A stretch of 13,071 bases of DNA from Oligoflexia bacterium. GTDB lineage: Bacteria; Bdellovibrionota; Bdellovibrionia; JABDDW01. The stretch lies in contig JAYTHU010000105.1 of assembly GCA_043732305.1 (NCBI GenBank), forward strand, positions 1 to 13,071, read 5' to 3'. The notes under the pieces are model-generated. The model was not told where the DNA came from. It did not search any database and saw nothing but the letters and a program-made list of their open reading frames with translations. The position numbers were made by a program, and so were the translations under genes. Below are positions 7,019 to 13,071 of the stretch, in pieces (positions within the stretch are counted from its first letter, which is position 1; the number at the start of each line of letters is the position of its first letter).

Positions 7019-8119
7019 ATGAAAATTTTGTTTTTCGTCTGCTTTTTATTGCTGCTACCTTTTGTAAGTTGGGGACAAATAAAATCCCCCTCAGTGGTGA
7101 TGCTTTACACCAAAACTGGCGATGACACCGAGAAGTTTGAGAACTTACTTGATGTTTCGCGTTTCGCTTTGGACGAATACAATCAAATCCATCACAAGCG
7201 TCTGAATTTTAATTTTACTGAAATTGATGATAAAGGTAACGCCAGCATTGCCGAAACTTCTCTGAAATCGGTTGTCGAAGCCGAAAAACCCATTGCGATT
7301 ATCGGCCCACTTTATTCAAATATAGCCTTGAGCCTTAAAGATTTTGTGAACCTAAACAAGATCCCGATGATATCTGTTTTTGCAACTCACAATGATCTCA
7401 CAAAAAATTCCGAGTGGATTTATCGTATCTGTGGCTCAAATCACAGAATGGTAAAAAATCTAGTTGGCTACTTATCTCCACTGATTAGAAAAAACAAACT
7501 GAATATTAGCGTATTCAAGGATCTTTCGGACGCTTATTCAACCGACCTAGCGGATAGTTTAAAAAGAGAAATTGAGCAAAGAGGTATTGATACCACAATT
7601 TCAGAGGTAGTTTTTCGTGGAGTTCATGGTCTAGATAGTCTGAAGGACATCGATTCCAAGGTTTGGAGCCCAACTAAGAAGGATGTACTTTTTTTAGCGA
7701 CCCAAGACAACATATCCGGAAAGATTTTGACAGCTATGGAATCAGAACCGTTTTTAGTAGCTGCGATCGAGCCCGTGAATTTTATTGAGATTATTCAAAA
7801 AATTAAAAAAAATAAAATGCACATGAAACTCGCTTCAACGGCTCAATGGGTTCCCGGCAAATCAAGACTCAGTCGCAAAATTGAAACTGCATTCAAAGCC
7901 AAATTCAAACATGATCTGCAAATTTCGGCAGCGCTAACTTTTGATGCAGTTTGGTCCCTAGCCCAAAGTTATAGTCACTCTCAGGAAGATGGAATTTCTT
8001 TGCAGAAAGCTCTTCATTCCCAGACCCCATTTTACGGATTATCTGGCAACATAGCCTTTGGTCCTAAAGGCGAAAGAATAACCACTGAATCCTTTGTCAA
8101 AGAAGACATTTTAGAATAA
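7019..8119 (+). CDS. Periplasmic substrate-binding protein, LivK/branched-chain amino acid (type 1 PBP) family
   Basis: Signal peptide MKILFFVCFLLLLPFVSWG from ATG 7019. Family motifs IDDKGN, AIIGPLYS, IPMIS..AT...LT, IYRIC, DAYSTDLA, FDAV and F.GLSGNIAF...GER. Confidence 0.85.
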   Translation: MKILFFVCFLLLLPFVSWGQIKSPSVVMLYTKTGDDTEKFENLLDVSRFALDEYNQIHHKRLNFNFTEIDDKGNASIAETSLKSVVEAEKPIAIIGPLYSNIALSLKDFVNLNKIPMISVFATHNDLTKNSEWIYRICGSNHRMVKNLVGYLSPLIRKNKLNISVFKDLSDAYSTDLADSLKREIEQRGIDTTISEVVFRGVHGLDSLKDIDSKVWSPTKKDVLFLATQDNISGKILTAMESEPFLVAAIEPVNFIEIIQKIKKNKMHMKLASTAQWVPGKSRLSRKIETAFKAKFKHDLQISAALTFDAVWSLAQSYSHSQEDGISLQKALHSQTPFYGLSGNIAFGPKGERITTESFVKEDILE

Positions 8120-8158
8120 AAAATTCATAAAATTTTTCTCTTTTGACGATGAAGTATC

Positions 8159-8869
8159 ATGGCTCATATTTTGGTAGTTGATGATGATTCTGATATTTTA
8201 AAAATTGTTCAAAAGCTACTCGAGAGCGTCGGACACGTCACTGTTTGTTGCCTCGATCCCCATGATGCTTTGGACAAATGGAATCGAGAAATCTTTGACC
8301 TGGTTCTATCTGATGCAAACATGCCGCATATCAACGGATTCGATTTTGTAAAGACAGTCAGCCAAAATGCACGAGGTCTAGGTACTGCCGTCGCGCTTCT
8401 GACGGGCCGTCGGGATCGCAAGGACGTGGAGCGCGGACTTCAAGCCGGCGCGGATGATTATTTGTTAAAACCAATCGACCCTGATATTTTTTTAAGCAAA
8501 GTCGAAAACTTGCTAAACATAAAAGCGTCGCATCGGATAGAAATAAGATTCACCGAAGCTCACACCAGAGTCAAAGCTGATTGGAAAGTGGAAACTGAAA
8601 TCACCCAAATTTCCGAGCAGGGCCTTACTTTATTCTCTCCAATTTTAGGTGTGAAGAATTCCAAGATCAATATTGCTTGTGATCTGTTCAACACTATTGG
8701 CATCCCCGTTCCAATTTTGCGAGTACTAGATTCGACGCCCGATCCCGCTGGTTCCTGCAAGTTTTTCACAAAGGTGAGCTTTGTTGGAATGAACGACGGA
8801 GATTTGCAGAAAATTCGGTACTGGATCAATATGAATCTCGCGCAAGTCAAAAAGCCAGATGCGGCATGA
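8159..8869 (+). CDS. Response regulator: receiver domain plus C-terminal PilZ-like domain
   Basis: REC motifs ILVVDDD, DLVLSDANMP..NG, LLT and YLLKP. C-terminus has RIEIR (RxxxR), QISEQG (D/NxSxxG-like), a beta-rich region and terminal helix VSF.GM...DLQKIRYWI. Confidence 0.85.
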   Translation: MAHILVVDDDSDILKIVQKLLESVGHVTVCCLDPHDALDKWNREIFDLVLSDANMPHINGFDFVKTVSQNARGLGTAVALLTGRRDRKDVERGLQAGADDYLLKPIDPDIFLSKVENLLNIKASHRIEIRFTEAHTRVKADWKVETEITQISEQGLTLFSPILGVKNSKINIACDLFNTIGIPVPILRVLDSTPDPAGSCKFFTKVSFVGMNDGDLQKIRYWINMNLAQVKKPDAA

Positions 8870-9297
8870 AAATTCTTTTAGCGGAAGATGACCCCAGCAT
8901 TCAAATCGTGGCCAAGATGAGTCTCCAGAAAATAGGAGGCCATGAAGTGCACGTTGTGGAAAATGGACAAGACGCTATAGACAAAGCGTCTGCCGCGTTT
9001 AATGCGTTCAATGAATCTGCTGAGGTGGGAGCTATTGTTGGTAAAAAATTCGATCTCATTATACTAGATTGCATGATGCCGGTGATGGACGGATTTGAAG
9101 CTTGCAGAGAATTAAAACTCCGCGACGAAACTAAGGACATTCCGGTTATATTCCTGACCGCCAAAAACCAAAAATCAGATATGGACGAAGGCTATCGCCT
9201 CGGAGCAATCGGATTTATTTCAAAGCCATTTGATGCCCGAGAACTTTGTGCGGATGTGGATAAGATTTTTAGTAAAATTTTATTTAAGGATTCGTAA
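8866..9297 (+). CDS. Single-domain response regulator (CheY-like receiver)
   Basis: ILLAEDD, DLIILDCMMP.MDG, IPVIFLTAK and FISKPF. ATGA overlap with the upstream gene. Confidence 0.92.
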   Translation: MKILLAEDDPSIQIVAKMSLQKIGGHEVHVVENGQDAIDKASAAFNAFNESAEVGAIVGKKFDLIILDCMMPVMDGFEACRELKLRDETKDIPVIFLTAKNQKSDMDEGYRLGAIGFISKPFDARELCADVDKIFSKILFKDS

Positions 9298-9298
9298 A

Positions 9299-10759
9299 AT
9301 GAAGCAAAATAAAATTCAATCACAGTTTTTTCAACTACTGGTAGTTCTTTTTATTTTCTCAGGAATCAATGCCGGCCTTCTTTGGAAAACTTTGGACAAG
9401 CTTTTCACCTCTTATAAATCCGCAATGAACGGCGAAAAGCTCACGACATTAGTTGGGGATCTAGAACTTCTTATTTACGAAGAAAACGTTTTTAGGGAGG
9501 ACCCTGAACTTGATCAAAGTGCCGGCGGAAATCGACTCGCTGAACTCAGACGTAAAATTAAATCTAACTTTAATGAAGTCTCAGAAATTGTCGCGGATGT
9601 CTCTAGCAAATCCAAACTGATTAAAGACATTGAAAATGAATGGCAGAGAGCTAAATCCGCTCATGCCAATGGACAAGTACTTATCTTGGTAAATTCATTT
9701 ATCAAGAATGAATATGTGCAAAATAGAAAAAATGGCGAAGGCCTTGGAAAATTTGCCCAAGCTTCCTTGGTATTTCTTGGCATTTACATGTTTCTCTTCA
9801 CTGGAACGCTCGTGATCTTGAGTCAATATTTTCGCGGACGTGTCTTCTCTCCGCTTAAACAATTGAGTGAAGACATGAATACCTTTGAAGTGAATGAGTA
9901 CAAAGATTTTATGATGGTTCACAATGACAAAACCTTCAATGATGATGAAATCGGTTCCCTCGAGAGAAAGTTTTACGGAATGGCAAAACGTGTAGCCCAC
10001 ACGGTTGAAGAGCTCAAAACTATCGATCAAGTGAAAACAGATTTTCTATCTTTAGCGAGTCACGAACTACGCACTCCGATGACTGCAGTTAAAGGATCGT
10101 TGAGTTTAATTCTTTCTGGAAATTTAGATGAGATTGATTCAGACACGAAAAATCTTTTGATGATATCTGAGAAAGAAACTGACAGACTTATTCGACTGAT
10201 CAACGACATTTTAGATTTGACCAAAATCGAAGCTCATAAAATGCCTCTCAATAAAAAATGGATTTCTGTCGGCGAGACCTTCGATTTGGTGGCAAATAAT
10301 TTGAAAGGTCTCTTTGACATGACCAAGGTTAAGGTTGAAATTCTGAGACCTCACACTGTCGACTTTGAAATAAATGTTGATACCGATCGTCTACAACAGA
10401 TTCTAATTAATTTTTTATCTAATGCGGTCAAATATTCGCCAAAGGGTGGCATTGTTGAAATGGGATTTGAACCTCTTCGCGATTCTCTTAAAATATTTGT
10501 GCAGGATCATGGCTCTGGAATTAATGTCGCCGATCAACCCCATATTTTTGAAAAATTTCGCAGTCAAGATCTGGGAAAATCTAGTGTCATGAAAGGCACA
10601 GGGCTCGGTCTACCCATTTGCAAAGCTCTAGTTGAAGAACATGGCGGCGAGATTGGATTAAATTCTAAGCTCGGTGAAGGCAGCCAGTTTTATTTCACAT
10701 TGCCGGAATACCGAGAAGTTCCTGGTGGCCGATCGGCATCAACCAAGGATGTGGCATAA
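9299..10759 (+). CDS. Membrane sensor histidine kinase (TM-periplasmic helical domain-TM-HAMP-HisKA-HATPase)
   Basis: Two hydrophobic segments, HAMP (PLKQL...DEIGSL), H-box SHELRTP, N-box NFLSNAVKY, G1 DHGSGI, F-box IFEKF and G2 GTGLGL. ATG 9299 chosen because AAGGA lies at 9286-9290 and it starts just after the upstream stop. Confidence 0.93.
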   Translation: MKQNKIQSQFFQLLVVLFIFSGINAGLLWKTLDKLFTSYKSAMNGEKLTTLVGDLELLIYEENVFREDPELDQSAGGNRLAELRRKIKSNFNEVSEIVADVSSKSKLIKDIENEWQRAKSAHANGQVLILVNSFIKNEYVQNRKNGEGLGKFAQASLVFLGIYMFLFTGTLVILSQYFRGRVFSPLKQLSEDMNTFEVNEYKDFMMVHNDKTFNDDEIGSLERKFYGMAKRVAHTVEELKTIDQVKTDFLSLASHELRTPMTAVKGSLSLILSGNLDEIDSDTKNLLMISEKETDRLIRLINDILDLTKIEAHKMPLNKKWISVGETFDLVANNLKGLFDMTKVKVEILRPHTVDFEINVDTDRLQQILINFLSNAVKYSPKGGIVEMGFEPLRDSLKIFVQDHGSGINVADQPHIFEKFRSQDLGKSSVMKGTGLGLPICKALVEEHGGEIGLNSKLGEGSQFYFTLPEYREVPGGRSASTKDVA

Positions 10760-10761
10760 TC

Positions 10762-11079
10762 ATGCCTCCCTTGCCCCGTGAATTGAAATTAGAATTGCAA
10801 CGCGATTACATCGCGACGTTTGATCAGAAACTTTTAGATTTACAAATTGCCTTACGCGCCAATGATGGTGCGGGCGACTTCGATCGCCTGCTTGAATTGT
10901 TCCATAAACTTGCAGGCTCTGGCACGACCTACGAAATGCCCGAAATCACCCGCGTGGCCCGTGAGGCAGAATTAGCAACCACTGCTTTTGCGGATCAAGG
11001 GAAACTCGATCACAAGACAATGAGAGATTTTTTGGAATTACTGGCGAAAATTTTTGCCAGCGAGAAAAATAGAGTCTGA
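10762..11079 (+). CDS. Stand-alone Hpt (histidine phosphotransfer) protein
   Basis: 105 aa, helical character, FHKLAGSGTTY matching the Hpt HxLxGS motif. Starts 2 bp after the kinase stop. Confidence 0.88.
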   Translation: MPPLPRELKLELQRDYIATFDQKLLDLQIALRANDGAGDFDRLLELFHKLAGSGTTYEMPEITRVAREAELATTAFADQGKLDHKTMRDFLELLAKIFASEKNRV

Positions 11080-11116
11080 TTTTCGCAATGTATTTGTTCC
11101 ATTCACATTCAGAATT

Positions 11117-12343
11117 TTAAATTTTTTCGGCGAGTCTACCCTTGTGCGATTTTCGCACTCGTGGAAATTCGGCTTCTTCGCGGCCGGACACGACTTCGCT
11201 TTCGCCTTCCGCCCAGGCTGCAATTTTTGATTGGTAAAATTGGGTGTAACGATTTTCCATGATGGCAAGGCGGGCTTGCTCCATCAATCGATTATAAAAA
11301 TGCACGTTATGTATAGACAAGAGGGTCCAACCTAAAGCTTCGCGACATTTGCTCAAGTGATGAAGATATCCTCGCGCATGAGTTTTACAAACGGAGCAAT
11401 CGCAATCAGCATCGATGGGATCTTCAGAAAATTTATACTGCGCTTGTGGCAATTTAACTAAACCGCGTGAAGTATAAACATTTCCCTGCTGCGACATTTT
11501 CGTAGGAATAATGCAATCAAACATATCTACGCCACGCCGAACAGCCTCAAGCAAATCCGCGGGCGTTCCTACGCCCATCAAATAGCGAGGTTTCGCGCGG
11601 GGGAGCAAACCTGCAACAAGTTCAGTCATATCTTCGCGTTCAGATTTTGATTCACCTACAGCTAAACCACCGATAGCAAAGCCATCGAAATCATGCTGCG
11701 TGAGAGCGGCCGCACTTTCTCGACGCAAATCGTGAAACACGCCACCTTGAACAATTGCAAAAGCCGCTTGATAAGGGCGTCCGCTATCGGAATTTTTCGC
11801 AGTAATTTTTCCATGAGCATTCAGTGAACGTAGTGCCCACCGGTGCGTGAGTTCCATTGCCGCACGAGTGGCTGATAGATCTGCCGTCGAAGCTATGCAT
11901 TGGTCCAGCACCATCATAATATCGCTGCCAATGTCATTTTGCATGGCCATGCTTTTTTCAGGGGAAAGTTCATGAAAACCACCATCGACATAACTTTGAA
12001 ATACGGCGCCCTCTTCCGTCATCTTTCTTTCTTTTGGCAGAGAGAAAATTTGGAAGCCACCGGAGTCTGTCAAAACGGGACGGTCCCATTTCATAAAGTT
12101 ATGAATGCCTCCAAATTTTTGAAAAACCTCAGGTCCAGGTCGCAACAATAAATGGTAGGTGTTTCCCAAAACTATTTGAGAAGAGGTGGCCTTTAAATCC
12201 TCAGCGCTTAGACTTTTCACCGTAGCCAAAGTTCCTACAGCCATGAAAACCGGGGTTTTCACAGATCCATGAGGGGTAAAGAATTCCCCCGCGCGCGCTT
12301 TGGAGCCGCTATCTTCTTTATAAAGCTCAAATTTAAATTTCAT
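11117..12343 (-). CDS. tgt: tRNA-guanine(34) transglycosylase family protein
   Basis: TPVFM.VGT, NTYHL, TDSGGFQ, DIMMVLDQC, IVQGG, GGLAVGE, PRYLMGVG, DMFDC and Zn site CDCSVC...H. Start moved from 12508 to ATG 12343 (MKFKFEL), which matches the family N-terminus and removes overlap with the divergent gene. Confidence 0.93.
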   Translation of the reverse strand: MKFKFELYKEDSGSKARAGEFFTPHGSVKTPVFMAVGTLATVKSLSAEDLKATSSQIVLGNTYHLLLRPGPEVFQKFGGIHNFMKWDRPVLTDSGGFQIFSLPKERKMTEEGAVFQSYVDGGFHELSPEKSMAMQNDIGSDIMMVLDQCIASTADLSATRAAMELTHRWALRSLNAHGKITAKNSDSGRPYQAAFAIVQGGVFHDLRRESAAALTQHDFDGFAIGGLAVGESKSEREDMTELVAGLLPRAKPRYLMGVGTPADLLEAVRRGVDMFDCIIPTKMSQQGNVYTSRGLVKLPQAQYKFSEDPIDADCDCSVCKTHARGYLHHLSKCREALGWTLLSIHNVHFYNRLMEQARLAIMENRYTQFYQSKIAAWAEGESEVVSGREEAEFPRVRKSHKGRLAEKI

Positions 12344-12368
12344 AGCGCTAACTAGTATCAGAAGCCCC

Positions 12369-12397
12369 TTGACCCGGGAAGTAAAAATACTCAGAAT
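12369..12397 (+). promoter_or_regulatory. Predicted sigma70-type promoter
   Basis: TTGACC (12369-12374), 17 bp, CAGAAT (12392-12397). ATG 12405 lies 7 nt downstream. Confidence 0.5.
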
Positions 12398-12404
12398 GAG
12401 ATTT

Positions 12405-12983
12405 ATGAGCCAATCAATTAAAGACGCCCTTCTCAAAGCAGGGGTCATATCCAAAGAATCTATTCGCCGAGACGAGATCGAAGAAAAAGGTGCCGACCAA
12501 AAAGGCATGCACGAACATCACATGAACACATTTTGTTCTCAGTGCAATAAAACTTCTGAAGACGTCGAATATTATGAACACACAAATCGAAATCTAAAAT
12601 CGAAATGGCTCTGTGTTTCTTGCGCGGATAAAAATTGGATTCATGACGATTGCAGAACTACTCAACAGAGTGTTTTGTCTCGTGGAAATCGATTTCAAAG
12701 ATTTTATGGGCCTACAAAAAGATTTACTTCTGCTACTGGCACTGGATCCAACCACAAAGGTGGCACCGGCCAAAAATTCGCAGGGCCTGTGAACGGCAAT
12801 GTTGGCTCCCGCACCTCTCAGGCGCCCCACCAAAACAATACTCAACAGCGCATGGATAGAAATCAAGGGCGCGGCCAAGGCGACAACCGTCCGCCTTCAG
12901 GCAACACGGGCACCACCGGCAATAGTGGAAACTACGGCAATAGCGGCCGACCTAGCACAAGCACTCCATTCAAAAAGAAATAG
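12405..12983 (+). CDS. Hypothetical protein with CxxC...CxxC putative zinc finger and disordered G/N/Q-rich tail
   Basis: MSQSIKDALLKAGV N-terminus, CSQC and CVSC pairs plus extra His/Cys, and a low-complexity C-terminal region with GNxG repeats. Confidence 0.75.
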   Translation: MSQSIKDALLKAGVISKESIRRDEIEEKGADQKGMHEHHMNTFCSQCNKTSEDVEYYEHTNRNLKSKWLCVSCADKNWIHDDCRTTQQSVLSRGNRFQRFYGPTKRFTSATGTGSNHKGGTGQKFAGPVNGNVGSRTSQAPHQNNTQQRMDRNQGRGQGDNRPPSGNTGTTGNSGNYGNSGRPSTSTPFKKK

Positions 12984-13033
12984 CAGGTGTTCACAGTTTA
13001 CACACACCGTGAAAAGATCACACCTACTCGTGG

Positions 13034-13068
13034 CGTCAAATTTGAGTTATAACTACGTCAGATTTGAG
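13034..13068. repeat. Pair of 13-bp near-identical repeats with palindromic core (candidate operator/UAS)
   Basis: CGTCAAATTTGAG (13034-13046) and CGTCAGATTTGAG (13056-13068), 22-bp period. TCAAATTTGA is a perfect palindrome. Confidence 0.5.
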
Positions 13069-13071
13069 GTA

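Noticed and set aside
9230..9298. Longer N-terminus for the histidine kinase
   Set aside because: It overlaps the receiver gene by 68 bp. ATG 9299 has an RBS and directly precedes the first TM segment.
11038..11268. 76-aa minus-strand ORF as a frameshifted continuation of tgt
   Set aside because: An A-run lies near the tgt stop, but the alternative frame ends within about 30 codons inside the Hpt gene and has no recognisable motif.
12344..12508. 55-aa N-terminal extension of Tgt
   Set aside because: It is antisense to the Zn-finger gene and has no Tgt-like sequence. Family similarity starts at MKFKFEL.
240..12878. Remaining short ORFs in the track (e.g. 240-443, 1945-2157, 2307-2564, 3011-3232, 4074-4262, 5052-5357, 6659-6970, 8560-8850, 9695-10030, 11900-12151, 12594-12878)
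   Set aside because: They are antisense or off-frame shadows of well-supported genes, with no recognisable motifs.
12895..12950. GGCAAY-type repeats as a CRISPR array or DNA repeat element
   Set aside because: They are short codon-level repeats encoding GNxG in a low-complexity tail, with no repeat-spacer structure and no cas genes.

Overview
Bacterial chromosomal window. Gene style (REC-PilZ proteins, sigma54 sites, orphan LivK-like protein) suggests Bdellovibrionota or a deltaproteobacterial relative; this is inference only. Bases 1-2300 are the right end of a decayed integrated element. It comprises a probable IS3-family terminal repeat, a 5'-interrupted DUF5906-type primase/helicase, an excisionase-like HTH gene and a tyrosine integrase broken by one in-frame TAA, next to the 3' end of a complete tRNA-Ser(GCT). 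The backbone then carries an FAD/Rieske oxidoreductase, a small protein under a predicted sigma54 promoter, pyrD, rsmG and a TrmH/SpoU methyltransferase. These are followed by a five-gene signalling cluster, a sequence-atypical tgt, and a Zn-finger protein with a G/N/Q-rich tail. The signalling cluster is the best candidate for an undescribed system: orphan periplasmic binding protein, REC-PilZ-like regulator, single REC, HAMP histidine kinase and stand-alone Hpt. All calls come from motif reading only; no database searches were run.
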